A stretch of DNA of 64,000 nucleotides, taken from the NCBI RefSeq assembly GCF_023256325.1, contig NZ_JAGDXI010000006.1, positions 47,091 to 111,090 on the forward strand. Reading direction: 5' to 3'. The translations under genes were made by a program, and so were the position numbers. Below, one piece after another: positions 49,667-60,189 of the stretch (within the stretch, counting starts at the first letter, position 1; each line of letters begins with the position of its first letter). A model generated the notes under the pieces. That model was not told the origin of the DNA, did not search any database, and saw nothing but the letters and a program-made list of their open reading frames with translations. The stretch is from Caldisphaera sp. (GTDB lineage: Archaea > Thermoproteota > Thermoprotei_A > Sulfolobales > Acidilobaceae).

Positions 49667-51178
49667 TTATCTGCTGTAAATCTTTAATATATCTCTTCTA
49701 TATAATGGGAACACTAGCTTACCATCCTTATCAATTATAGCTATTACATAGAGGTCCTTATCTTTTATTCTTCTTACAGCTTCACCTATAGTATTATTAT
49801 ATAATAATACTTCAACTTGTTTTAAATAGGTTTCACATATCATCGTGTTCTCGTAATTGTTAGGATCTACATCTATGAGACTTCTTATAGAAAAAACTCC
49901 AATTGGAACCATATCACGGTTAACAACAACAATTTCATTTATATCTTTTTTTGAAAATATTTTTGCAGCATCAGATAATGTAGAATCGCAATGCAATATG
50001 TCATAGTCATCAACTTTAATAGTTGATAATGGCATTGAAAGCTTAATATTTTCAATTTTTTCTCCAGGTAACTTCCATTTTCTTAAAACAAATGGGAATA
50101 TTATTGCAACTATAGCTATTGTTAAAACCGAAAAAGAATATTGATATCCGGTTATGTAATTGCTCAGTAATGAAATAAGCAACAATGATGTATCAACGCC
50201 GCCCTTGGCCGTTTGGGCCCACGAATTGAGCCATTTGTTTTGAAATTTTATTATATCGGAAGAAAGATACCCAGAAAAAAGCTTAGATGCTAGAACAATT
50301 CCAACAAGTATTAATGACATTATAACTATGTTAGCTGTTATCTTAACAACTTCTAGTCCAATATCAGCAAAAAATATTGGTTCGAAAAAACCATAAGTTA
50401 ATCCTCGAACTCTTTCTAAAATTTCTTGTCTGTCTTCGAAGTAATCTCTAAACAAATATCCTAGAAAAAGAGCTGAAATAGCGGCATTGAAGCCATAATA
50501 GTCTGAGAAATAACCTACGATTAAAATTATTGATATTATTAATGCCAATTCAATTTCTCTTGCTTTTAATAAGTACAATATTTTTGAAAATATTTTCGAA
50601 TATATTTGCCCTAGAGCAAAAATAGCTATTATTACCAAAGAAGTTCCGATGAAAGCTTCTAATATCCTTGTTTTTTGACTAAATCCTACAAATAAAATAA
50701 TAAATATAATTTCAGTTATCACAGCTTGATAAAAGAGTGTAGTTCCCGTTTTTGTTTTTGAAATATTCATATCAGAAAGTGCTCTTGCAAGAGGACCAGT
50801 GCTTGTCATAGCTAATGGTACAGCTAATATTAAAGCATTCTCAGTGTTTATTAGTTTAAAAAATAACAAAATAAAAGTAATGGGAATCAATACTTGTATT
50901 AAAGACGCAACAAATAATTTTATGTTTGGCCTTTCATTTAAATTAAACTCCTCAGCTCCAGCAAGAAATAAAATAAAAGTTATGCCTAGTTGAGATAAGA
51001 AATTTATTGATTGATTTGGAACTATAAAATTTAATACTGCTGGCCCCAATATAATACCAGAAACAATTATACTAACAAATGCTGGAATGTAGAATTTTTT
51101 TAGGCTCTCTTCTAGTACTTTAGCAATTAATATTATAACACCAACGTAGAGAAACGATATAATTGTGGAATTAATCAT
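49667..51178 (-). CDS. CPA2-type cation:proton antiporter with C-terminal CBS pair
   Basis: 503 aa. About 11 TM helices (Na_H_exchanger-like), then two CBS-like repeats (IVVVNRDMVPIGVFSIRSLI; VIAIIDKDGKLVFPLYRRDIL). Confidence 0.75.
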   Translation of the reverse strand: MINSTIISFLYVGVIILIAKVLEESLKKFYIPAFVSIIVSGIILGPAVLNFIVPNQSINFLSQLGITFILFLAGAEEFNLNERPNIKLFVASLIQVLIPITFILLFFKLINTENALILAVPLAMTSTGPLARALSDMNISKTKTGTTLFYQAVITEIIFIILFVGFSQKTRILEAFIGTSLVIIAIFALGQIYSKIFSKILYLLKAREIELALIISIILIVGYFSDYYGFNAAISALFLGYLFRDYFEDRQEILERVRGLTYGFFEPIFFADIGLEVVKITANIVIMSLILVGIVLASKLFSGYLSSDIIKFQNKWLNSWAQTAKGGVDTSLLLISLLSNYITGYQYSFSVLTIAIVAIIFPFVLRKWKLPGEKIENIKLSMPLSTIKVDDYDILHCDSTLSDAAKIFSKKDINEIVVVNRDMVPIGVFSIRSLIDVDPNNYENTMICETYLKQVEVLLYNNTIGEAVRRIKDKDLYVIAIIDKDGKLVFPLYRRDILKIYSR

Positions 51179-51194
51179 TAATAGTTTTATCCTC

Positions 51195-52847
51195 CTAATC
51201 TAATGGTATAAACTTTAAGTCTAATCCATATTCATCTGCAATTTTCTTTATTGATTTTACCTTTTTCGCTGTAACTCTTGAATGCCTAGGTATCCTTATA
51301 ATAAGGCTACCTTCGCTTATTTCAGTCTTCGCATTAGGAATTAGCCTACTTATTTTATCTGATATAGATGAAAAGTCCTCTTCCAATAAATTTAAGCTAG
51401 TTTTACCCCCTTTACCTTCTCTATATTTTCTTCTTACAGGAATTACCATAGTTTGTTCTCCAAATGTATATAGTTCATATTCAAGTTCACCTGTCAAATA
51501 GTTCTTCACTTCAACAACAGGTCTTGCTAACTCAGCTTCTTTTAACCCAGTAGGAAGCCTTACAGTTATTTCTAATTCATAAACTTTCTCAACACTTCCA
51601 TTATTTATAAATATTACGGTATCAATTATACTTGGTATCATACCCAGTTCAACCCTTGTAGCGATTCTTTGTATTGCATCTATTGGTGATGTAGCATGAG
51701 TTACACCTACCATGCCTATTCCTGCTAATCTCAAATCCACATAGAGCTTAAAATCATCATCGTCTCTCAATTCGTCAAAAAATGTATAATCAGGTCTTGA
51801 TAAAAGTAATATATCATGGAGTTCTGTCATTTCTGCATAAGTTTTTGAATATTGAGTTACATCTGGAGGTAATCTCATATCTCTGGGGGATTCAATAGTT
51901 TTCACTATTTTTCCTTTGCTAGAATAAAATTCTGCAAGAGCCTGAGCAAAAGTTGTTTTACCAGCTCCTGGTGATCCGCTTATTAGAATTCCTTCAGCCC
52001 TTTCTAACAGTCTTTTCATTAACTTTTCAGGTAAATTATAATCTTCTAACTTTAGTCTGACTATTGGTCTTACTGCCGTTATTTCCCATCCATCGCTTAA
52101 TGGAGGTCTTGTAATTATAATTCTATAGTCTTTAAGTTGAATTATTGTGGATCCTGTTCTATCTATTTCTACAAATCCTTCCTCCATTGTAGAGGCCCTT
52201 TCTATTATTTCTCTCGACATTTCTTCAATTTGAGACCTATCTAAGGTTTTATCTGAAAGCTTAACGAATATCCAACTGCCAGGCTTGCCTATTTTTGCTA
52301 ATGGTAAAGCTCCTTCTTTCAAATGAACACTCATAGTTTTCTCATCAAAAAATTCTTCTATTTTTAGTTTTCCAGATTTCTTAGATCCCGTAAATAGAAC
52401 AGGTATATTTAACGCTTCAGAGGATTCTAACATCATCAAATCACTTGTTATTATAATAGCACTTGATTTCCAAGCGTAATCTCTAATTTCTTTTTTTAAT
52501 TCTTCATAAGTTATTTCTTTTATTAATTTTCTATCTCTTTCCACTATATCTATTTGAACTCCACTTCTTTTTATATTACCTATCTTCTTAATTTCATCTA
52601 AACCAGTAAATCCTATGCTCATTCCTTTTTTAGCTTGGTTATAAAAATACTCAATTAGATCTTTTAATATTATCACTCTTCCTACAGGAACCATACCTTC
52701 CTCAATGGCTCTCCTCGCACTACCGTCTAATACAGATTCTATGTCAACCAGATATAGGCCTGCATTTTCTACCAACTTTGTTGTCCCCTTACCAATATTT
52801 TTATGTAAAATAGGAGTATAAATTATATTATTCTTTTTTAAATTCAA
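51195..52847 (-). CDS. PIN-domain / PilT-family ATPase with C-terminal KH-like domain (COG1855-type)
   Basis: 550 aa. N-terminal PIN-like region, Walker A SGSPGAGKTT, Walker B-like YTFFDELRDD. Confidence 0.65.
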   Translation of the reverse strand: MNLKKNNIIYTPILHKNIGKGTTKLVENAGLYLVDIESVLDGSARRAIEEGMVPVGRVIILKDLIEYFYNQAKKGMSIGFTGLDEIKKIGNIKRSGVQIDIVERDRKLIKEITYEELKKEIRDYAWKSSAIIITSDLMMLESSEALNIPVLFTGSKKSGKLKIEEFFDEKTMSVHLKEGALPLAKIGKPGSWIFVKLSDKTLDRSQIEEMSREIIERASTMEEGFVEIDRTGSTIIQLKDYRIIITRPPLSDGWEITAVRPIVRLKLEDYNLPEKLMKRLLERAEGILISGSPGAGKTTFAQALAEFYSSKGKIVKTIESPRDMRLPPDVTQYSKTYAEMTELHDILLLSRPDYTFFDELRDDDDFKLYVDLRLAGIGMVGVTHATSPIDAIQRIATRVELGMIPSIIDTVIFINNGSVEKVYELEITVRLPTGLKEAELARPVVEVKNYLTGELEYELYTFGEQTMVIPVRRKYREGKGGKTSLNLLEEDFSSISDKISRLIPNAKTEISEGSLIIRIPRHSRVTAKKVKSIKKIADEYGLDLKFIPLD

Positions 52848-52939
52848 AGAATTTTAAAGCCATTGTTAACGGCTTAGATCATTCAAACCGAAAGAAGAAT
52901 ATGTTTATCTAACATATTCTGCAAAAATAATAAAAATAA

Positions 52940-53240
52940 GGAGACTAAAACGCTTCTAGAGAACTATAGAAGGCCTTTTAGAGAAAGCTTTTGATTGGTT
53001 GTGGAAAAGGACAAAGATAGAAAGAAATGAGGTAAGAAGTGGAAGTAAAATCAGAACTAAGGTCAAGACTTCTTTACCTAAAAAGAATGTGTTATACAAA
53101 ACATTATTGGATTAATTAGAGAAAATTAATGTCTTGGCTTCCCATTACGTTAATAAGGCTATTAATGACGCATGTATGAGTTGGTGTTATCCTGCTAAAG
53201 AAGAGAAAAGTGAAAGATTCTATACTTTGTGGCCATAGTA
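52940..53240 (+). pseudogene. Decayed coding remnant, possibly the N-terminal part of an IS200/IS605-type tnpB (orfB)
   Basis: Three frame-broken pieces: ...LENYRRPFRESF* / DWLWKRTKIERNEVRSGSKIRTKVKTSLPKKNVLYKTLLD* / LEKINVLASHYVNKAINDACMSW.... The Y..L...L.S..V..AI.DA..SW pattern recalls TnpB N-termini. No intact ORF. Confidence 0.25.
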
Positions 53241-53479
53241 AAGCCCAAGGATTAAGAATTGAAATATAGATTCGTCAAAATTCTATGAGTCCCAAACCTA
53301 TTAGGAGAAGAACCAAAAATCTCATTATAAAATCTATCTTCCAATTTTTCACTCATTAATTTATTAAAATAAAACTTAAAACAATATTAGATACAAATCT
53401 ACCGTAAAATATGATGTAAAATGAAGAAAATTAGTGTTTTTAATATATTAAATACAAAGAAAAACAATAATAGTAATAA

Positions 53480-54562
53480 TTATCTTAACAAATTTTTCCC
53501 GCTTTTCTTATCAAATAAAACTAATGAATCTTCTTGTATATCAAAATTTACTTCATCCCCTCTAGAATAATTAGCAAACGCCGGTTGAATTAGCCTTAAA
53601 AGAACATTATCTCCTACATCTATGTGAATAACAGTATACGCACCGATTTTTTCAGTCATAGAAACCTTTCCCTTAAATTGTCCTTTACCTATAATAGCAT
53701 CTTCAGGTCTAAAGCCTATTATAACTTCTTGTCCATCATTAATATTGTTTAAATACCTTTTAGGTAAACCAAATTTTAAATTCCCCCTAATAAATGATAT
53801 CTCATTATTCTTAACGATACCTTCAACAAGATTCATTGGAGGGTTGCCAACAAATGAAGCTACCCAGCTGTTTCTTGGATTTTTATATACTTCCATAGGA
53901 TCCCCGTAATCCTGTATTATCCCATCATGCAAAATTCCCAATTTAGTTGCTAAGGATAATGCCTCTACTTGGTCGTGTGTAACGTAAACTATTGTAGTAT
54001 TTAATTTCCTGTGAAGTTCCTTTAATTCCTCTCTAGCATATACTCTAACAATTGCATCAAGGTTTGCCATAGGTTCATCCATTAATATTATATCAGCTCC
54101 CTTTACTAAGGCTTTTGCTATAGCAACTCTTTGCCTTTGTCCGCCGCTCAATTCTGAAGGCTTTTTTTGCAAAATATCGCTTATCTTTAAAATATCAGCT
54201 ATGTATTTAACTTTTGATTCTATTTCATTTTTTGATACATGTGAGATTTTTAATGGGTATGCAATGTTATCATATACTGACATAAATGGATAAATTGCAT
54301 AGCTCTGAAATACCATTGCTATGTTCCTTTCTTTTGGTGATAAATCATCTACATTTTTCCCTCTTAAAAATACATGACCTTTATCTTGTTTAATTAAACC
54401 TGCTATAACTCTCAGAATTGTTGTTTTCCCTTCTCCTGAAGGACCTAAAATAACCGCTAATTCCCCTTTGTCGATTGACAAATTAAGACCTTTAAGAGGC
54501 GTAGTAACAACTTTTTTCGTTTTATATGTTTTCCATATATCCTCTAATTTTATGTATTCCAT
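53480..54562 (-). CDS. Sugar ABC transporter ATP-binding protein (MalK/GlcV-like)
   Basis: 360 aa. Walker A GPSGEGKTT, signature LSGGQRQRV, Walker B ILMDEP, C-terminal regulatory beta-domain. Confidence 0.85.
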   Translation of the reverse strand: MEYIKLEDIWKTYKTKKVVTTPLKGLNLSIDKGELAVILGPSGEGKTTILRVIAGLIKQDKGHVFLRGKNVDDLSPKERNIAMVFQSYAIYPFMSVYDNIAYPLKISHVSKNEIESKVKYIADILKISDILQKKPSELSGGQRQRVAIAKALVKGADIILMDEPMANLDAIVRVYAREELKELHRKLNTTIVYVTHDQVEALSLATKLGILHDGIIQDYGDPMEVYKNPRNSWVASFVGNPPMNLVEGIVKNNEISFIRGNLKFGLPKRYLNNINDGQEVIIGFRPEDAIIGKGQFKGKVSMTEKIGAYTVIHIDVGDNVLLRLIQPAFANYSRGDEVNFDIQEDSLVLFDKKSGKNLLR

Positions 54563-54571
54563 TTATATCAC

Positions 54572-55462
54572 CTATTTTATCCCTGCTAAATTACTATAAG
54601 CTTTAGTCATCATCTTTTGGGATACTAAAAATAAACCCATTAATGGTAAACCCATTAGTACCGCTCCAGCTGCAAATATATTATATGCTGGAGCAGCTGC
54701 ATAATTAAACAAACCTGATAAATAATAAAGACCTATCATAGCTGTCCACTTTGTTGATGCAGGACCAATAAAAGCATATGCTAAAGCGTAATCCATGTAT
54801 GCCCCTAAAAAGCCTAGTAAGGCAGTAAGCATAACAACTGGTAAGGCTAATCTAAATATAATCCTTAAAAATGCTTGAAATCTTGATAATCCGTCTATCA
54901 TTGCTGCCTCCTCATAATCAGGTGGTATAGAATCTATAGAAAGCTTAGCTAGAAAAGCTGCGAAAACCGCTGTACCAGGAGTATATGCCAGGATTAAGCC
55001 AAGGTAATTCAATAGGTGGAATTTCGCAAATAAGAGATAGAGGGGAACAGCTGTTGCTGTCATAGGTAAAAACGTTATTATATAAATAAATGTTGCAAGT
55101 GTTTGCTTAGCTGGTATTTGCATTCTTGATAAGGAATAACCAGCTAGCATAGCTAATATAACAGATAAAACTGCTGTTGCAGCTGCTAATTCTATACTAT
55201 GTAAAACCCATATAGGAAAGTTGGGAACCTTTATAGATGGAATGAATCTTCCTTCTAAGAGCGTTTTATATGCTCCCAAATAAATATGATTTGGTATTAG
55301 CGTCTTTATGCTTATTGAAATTAATCCACCTACTTTGCTAAACGATGTCATAATAATATAATAAATAGGTAAAACTGACCATATCGCTATTGCAATGAGA
55401 ACCAAATATGAAATAATCAATCTCACAATTTTCTTAATTAACCTAAATTTCAAATTAACCAC
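54572..55462 (-). CDS. Sugar ABC transporter permease (MalG-like)
   Basis: 296 aa, 6 TM helices, EAA loop EEAAMIDGLSRFQAFLRII. Confidence 0.85.
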   Translation of the reverse strand: MVNLKFRLIKKIVRLIISYLVLIAIAIWSVLPIYYIIMTSFSKVGGLISISIKTLIPNHIYLGAYKTLLEGRFIPSIKVPNFPIWVLHSIELAAATAVLSVILAMLAGYSLSRMQIPAKQTLATFIYIITFLPMTATAVPLYLLFAKFHLLNYLGLILAYTPGTAVFAAFLAKLSIDSIPPDYEEAAMIDGLSRFQAFLRIIFRLALPVVMLTALLGFLGAYMDYALAYAFIGPASTKWTAMIGLYYLSGLFNYAAAPAYNIFAAGAVLMGLPLMGLFLVSQKMMTKAYSNLAGIK

Positions 55463-55463
55463 C

Positions 55464-56354
55464 TCATGTTATGTTCTCCAAAACTCCAGTAAACTTTAAA
55501 ACAATTATACCAAGACCAACAGTTATTATTGTGGAAACTATTGAAAGAGCTGCTGCAAATGCATAATTATATTGGCTGAAAGCCTGCTGATAAGCATAAA
55601 CTGTAAAGGTTTCCGTTGCAATACCTGGACCCCCTCCTGTTAATATGTAAATTGGGTAGAAGTTATTCCATGTAAATACAAAGCTTGTTATAAAAACAAA
55701 AGCTATAATTTTTCTTAAGGATGGAAATGTAATTGTTGCAAACTTTTGCAAAGGTCCCGCTCCATCTACATCTGCTATTTCATAGAGTTCTTGAGGTATG
55801 CTTTGCAAACCAGAATAGAAAACTGTCATGTAATAGGGAAAGCTTAACCACAAATTGGTTACAATTAATTCAGTCCACGCAGAGCTTACAGATATCAATG
55901 AATTTACGTGAGGCAAATGAAGAAATGGTAAGAGATATCTATTCATGAATCCATACGGATCTACCCACATGCCTTGCCAAACTAATAATGAAATAAAACC
56001 AGGAAAAGCCCATGGCAAAATTAGAATGGCGTAAAAAATTGATTTACCATATAAATCCTTTTGATTTAGTATTATAGCTAATGATAAGCCTAAAGCTATC
56101 ATAGGAATTAGGCTTCCAAGAGTCCATATAACTGTGTTTATTAAAAGTGTCGCTAAATATTTATCCTTAATCATCATTTCATAATTAAACAATCCAATGT
56201 ATTTGAAATGAAGGAAGTGAATAGCTGCCATGTTAGTAAAGGAAATATAAACTGAATATATTAATGGATACAAGAAAAGAAGCAAAACAACAATAAAAAG
56301 AGGAAGAATATATAAAAAACCAATTATTTTTTGTTTTGTATTCCAACTAACCAT
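55464..56354 (-). CDS. Sugar ABC transporter permease (MalF-like)
   Basis: 296 aa, 6 TM helices, EAA loop YEIADVDGAGPLQKFATITFP. Confidence 0.85.
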   Translation of the reverse strand: MVSWNTKQKIIGFLYILPLFIVVLLLFLYPLIYSVYISFTNMAAIHFLHFKYIGLFNYEMMIKDKYLATLLINTVIWTLGSLIPMIALGLSLAIILNQKDLYGKSIFYAILILPWAFPGFISLLVWQGMWVDPYGFMNRYLLPFLHLPHVNSLISVSSAWTELIVTNLWLSFPYYMTVFYSGLQSIPQELYEIADVDGAGPLQKFATITFPSLRKIIAFVFITSFVFTWNNFYPIYILTGGGPGIATETFTVYAYQQAFSQYNYAFAAALSIVSTIITVGLGIIVLKFTGVLENIT

Positions 56355-56364
56355 TTACTATACC

Positions 56365-57900
56365 TCAATACTTTGTTGAAAATTCTTGCAATAAATACAA
56401 AGAATTAGGTAGTGGAATTGGTGATAGTAAACCGGATTGCTGTAATGCTTGTATAAATGCTTGTTCCATTCCTTGAGCTGCTTGTGTTGCATTTATTTTG
56501 CTGGCAAAGAATTCACTAGCATATTGATGGAATGAGGACCAATAAGAACCCATTTGCGGTATATTTGGCATTATCATTCCATGAGTTTCTTGTTCTAAAA
56601 TGCCTTTCTTTATATTGTTTAAACACAATATAGTTGTATTAGTTGTATTGGTTTCACTTAATTCTTTTAAAGCTGTGTTGTATGCAGAAGTTAAAGCTGG
56701 AATATCCCCAGCTATATTCCATAACCTCATTTCTGCTGAATAGTTTGTTACAAATTCTATGAATAATAATGAAGCATTTATTTGTGCAGGTGTTGCCCCA
56801 GATGCTGATGGAGTTGTTATTACCCAATCTTGTGCACCAACAAATGGAGTTGCATACAGTCCAGTTTGGCTAACAACTGGTAAGGGTGCTGCACCTAAAT
56901 TACAGCCCAAAGCGCTGAAATAATTTCCTAAATCCCATGGTCCGTCAAAAATTATAGCTGTTTGATTAGATGTAAATAGTTCACCTTCTGCACCTCCTGC
57001 TCCAGGCGATGGTGCTAAGTAGTTTATTTTTAAATTATAAGTTAAATTATACCAGAAGTTTAATGCATTAACCATAGCTGTTGAATTCAAATCTGGATAT
57101 ATTTTTCCATTTATTGTAGTAAATATTTGTCCACCATAACCAGCAAACCATGCAGCAAATCTATAACCATATTCATCTGATGCACCGTAAGCAATACCCC
57201 ATATATGGTATGTTTTGTTAACATTTTCAGCAATTTGTATTAATTGATTTGTTGTATTTGGTGGTTCTGGCACAAATTTCTTATTGTAGAACATTACAAT
57301 GGAGTTTTCATCATCAGGCAAACCATATACTGAACCATTAAGCATTGAGTCCTGAATTGTAACATTTATGTATCTTGCAAAATAACTCTTAGGTAAGTAT
57401 TGAGATAAATTCAATAACCATCCTGATGCAAATGCTACGCCTGCTGAATCACTTGATACTCTTAGCACATTAGGAGCATCTCCAGCCTGTACTTCACTTT
57501 GGTAATTGCTTGCGGAGTCTTGAGCACCATACTCTACATTTACATGAATCCATGGATATTGTTGTTCGAATGCAGCTATTGTTTGATTAAATGCAGCATT
57601 TTCTGATGTACTATAAGAATCTGCAACAGTTATTGTTACAGGAGTATGAGTTGTTGTGGTAGTCGTTGTTGTCGTAGTGGTCGAAGTCGTTGGAGGTGGT
57701 GTTGTCGTAGTCGTGGTAGAAGTTACTGGAACAGAAGAAGTAGTCGTTGCAACAGGTGTAGTTGAAGTCGTAGTAATATGCTTTCTTGTTGCATAATATG
57801 CCCCAACTCCTGCTGCTATTATTACTATTACAACGACTATAACTATTGCTGCTATCGCAGTTCCACTTAAGGACCTATACTTACCCATAATTTCACCCAA
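56365..57900 (-). CDS. Sugar (maltose/maltodextrin-type) binding protein, N-terminally anchored with a Thr-rich linker
   Basis: 511 aa. N-terminal YRSLSGTAIAAIVIVVVIVIIAAG (class III-like signal/anchor), about 50 aa of T/S/P linker (TTTTTTPPPTTSTTTTTTTTTTT), then a family-1 SBP fold. Confidence 0.8.
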   Translation of the reverse strand: MGEIMGKYRSLSGTAIAAIVIVVVIVIIAAGVGAYYATRKHITTTSTTPVATTTSSVPVTSTTTTTTPPPTTSTTTTTTTTTTTHTPVTITVADSYSTSENAAFNQTIAAFEQQYPWIHVNVEYGAQDSASNYQSEVQAGDAPNVLRVSSDSAGVAFASGWLLNLSQYLPKSYFARYINVTIQDSMLNGSVYGLPDDENSIVMFYNKKFVPEPPNTTNQLIQIAENVNKTYHIWGIAYGASDEYGYRFAAWFAGYGGQIFTTINGKIYPDLNSTAMVNALNFWYNLTYNLKINYLAPSPGAGGAEGELFTSNQTAIIFDGPWDLGNYFSALGCNLGAAPLPVVSQTGLYATPFVGAQDWVITTPSASGATPAQINASLLFIEFVTNYSAEMRLWNIAGDIPALTSAYNTALKELSETNTTNTTILCLNNIKKGILEQETHGMIMPNIPQMGSYWSSFHQYASEFFASKINATQAAQGMEQAFIQALQQSGLLSPIPLPNSLYLLQEFSTKY

Positions 57901-57964
57901 AGTTATCTAATTATATTGTATACACAAAGGAGTATAAATATATTTACGGTTTATATTAAAAAAA

Positions 57965-60001
57965 TTAATATTGTAAATTTGAGAGGGCTATTACATAACC
58001 GTTTAATTTGTTTTCATTATATCCTTCTTGAATAATGATTTTATGGTTATCTATTTTTATTCCGCTAATCTCTTTTCTACTTATATAAGCAATAATTTCA
58101 TCTTTTTTGAATCTTCTTTTTATAATTAACCCATCATTATTTAAAGCATTTGATACAAATGAACCATATTTTAAAGTTGAATTATTTAGCCTTATTTTAT
58201 TTAATTCTTTTATTAATAAATATATTTCTTTATTCCATTTGTTTTCATTCCAAATCATAGGTTTTCTATTATCAGGATCCTTTTGACCTGATAAACCTAT
58301 TTCATCCCCATAATATATGCTGGGAGATCCATAAATGGAATACATTATTACATAAGCTCTTTTTACTTTATCAACATCATAGCCTAAAACATTAATAATC
58401 CTTGGAGTATCATGGCTTCCCAACAAGTTATACATAGAATTTGAAACATTAACAGGTAACTTCATATATTGTTTATTTAAATGTTCTGATAGTTCGTAAG
58501 CACTAATTTCATTTATTAAAAATTTTATTATCTTTTCTCTTATTTCGTAATTCATTGCAGAATCAGCAATTTTTCCTAGGGGAAAATCTGATGAATTTCC
58601 CATAATTTCCATTATTGTTACTGATTCCTTTTCTCTATGAGCGCATTCTTTTAAAAATTCCATTGATTTATCTGGTATTCCATGAGCAACATCAACTCTT
58701 ATGCCATCAACCCCAAAACTTAACCATCTCTTAACTATTTCACAAAAATGGTTATCAACATCTATGTTATTATGATTTAGTTTCGGCATTGACCATAAAT
58801 TGAAGAAAGATTCGTAAAATGGCTTTAAGCTTTTTAATTCTTGAGGCAGTTTCTGACAGTTGTTATCTATATAATTTTTAAAAAAGTTCATTGTTTCTTC
58901 ATTTACTTCCTTTAAATCCTCTACTAAAAACCTGTACCAATTCTTTTTTTCAGAATTAAAGTCTCTTAAAGCCTCTTTGAATTCCTTTGCACAAGGGGAT
59001 GTATGATGAGCTACAATATCTATAACTATTTTCAAACCTTTTTTATGTGCTTTTTCTATTAAATCTTTAAATTTCTCATTCCCACCTAAGTTAGGATCTA
59101 CATTAAAGTGATCTATAACATCATATCTATGATAACTGGGAGATACATATATAGGAGTTAAATAAATTGTTTCTATTCCTAGGTCTTTTATGTAATCAAT
59201 TTTGTTTATTATATCATCAATCTTACCACCAATCTTTGTTGGTAACCTTTCCTTATAATCAAAATCTTTTGATAAAAAGCTATCAGGAAAAATTAAATAA
59301 TAAATCGTTCCTACATACCATGGTATTTCTTTTTCTCCATCAGAAACATAAAATGGTTTATCGTCATCAAAACCATCAAAACCAAAGTACTTTTCTCGAT
59401 TATCAATAATCAGCTTAAATTTATAAGCTTTTATATCGTTATCTGCTATTGCCTCGTAATAATCCCTGTAATTATCTGAATAAACTTTTTCTGCTTTTAT
59501 TTCATTCCAACTTTTCCCGTTAAAAAACATTAAATATATATCATCGATTTGATCTTTTATTGTAAAAATTCTTATATGATATCTATTCCCAAGTTTTGAT
59601 ATAAAAGAAGGCATAGTCTCATCATGTATTATGAGCTCATCAGATAAACCGTTTTTTATTGAGTCTCTTAAATCTTGAAGACCTATATTAGCTATAGATG
59701 ACAAGGTATCAAAAGGATAAATTTTTATGAATTCATGATCTTCCACTTCAAAATCAGTTAAAACATTGTAGTAATTATCAAAATAAAAATATTTATAAAT
59801 ACCTTCCCATATTTTTAGGGAAACTGAGCCCCTATTTCCTTCTTTTTTTAGTTCAAACCTACCTGGAAAGTAAGAAGTAAACTCGGATGCCAAATAAAGC
59901 CTTTTTGCCTTTTCAGGCCATGGGATACTGAAGGTTACTATTGGCTCTCCAAATCTTTTTCTTCCAAGCCGAGGTCTATAGTATTTATACATTTTAATCA
60001 C
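57965..60001 (-). CDS. GH13 alpha-amylase-family glycoside hydrolase (cytoplasmic)
   Basis: 678 aa. Catalytic regions DIVAHHTS, GVDGIRVDVAHG, TIMEIMG, LLGSHDTPR. No signal peptide. Confidence 0.85.
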   Translation of the reverse strand: MIKMYKYYRPRLGRKRFGEPIVTFSIPWPEKAKRLYLASEFTSYFPGRFELKKEGNRGSVSLKIWEGIYKYFYFDNYYNVLTDFEVEDHEFIKIYPFDTLSSIANIGLQDLRDSIKNGLSDELIIHDETMPSFISKLGNRYHIRIFTIKDQIDDIYLMFFNGKSWNEIKAEKVYSDNYRDYYEAIADNDIKAYKFKLIIDNREKYFGFDGFDDDKPFYVSDGEKEIPWYVGTIYYLIFPDSFLSKDFDYKERLPTKIGGKIDDIINKIDYIKDLGIETIYLTPIYVSPSYHRYDVIDHFNVDPNLGGNEKFKDLIEKAHKKGLKIVIDIVAHHTSPCAKEFKEALRDFNSEKKNWYRFLVEDLKEVNEETMNFFKNYIDNNCQKLPQELKSLKPFYESFFNLWSMPKLNHNNIDVDNHFCEIVKRWLSFGVDGIRVDVAHGIPDKSMEFLKECAHREKESVTIMEIMGNSSDFPLGKIADSAMNYEIREKIIKFLINEISAYELSEHLNKQYMKLPVNVSNSMYNLLGSHDTPRIINVLGYDVDKVKRAYVIMYSIYGSPSIYYGDEIGLSGQKDPDNRKPMIWNENKWNKEIYLLIKELNKIRLNNSTLKYGSFVSNALNNDGLIIKRRFKKDEIIAYISRKEISGIKIDNHKIIIQEGYNENKLNGYVIALSNLQY

Positions 60002-60189
60002 TCAGCATCTTACTTTTTAATTTATGTGTTGACGATTATTATTAATAAATTGATGGATTAAAATTTTTAATGGATTCAATATTTAAAAACCTTATCGAGC
60101 ACCATGAGGCCTATTTGTCTTTTTTCGGATAATCTCTTATCTGAGTATAAACGTATAAATTATTAATAAAATAATATTGTTAGAATCAG

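Noticed and set aside
60100-60160. AUGAGG...CGGA...CUGA string in the GH13/GH31 divergent spacer, as a second C/D sRNA.
   Set aside because: Box order and spacing (16 nt and 11 nt, no C' box) do not fit the C-D'-C'-D architecture.
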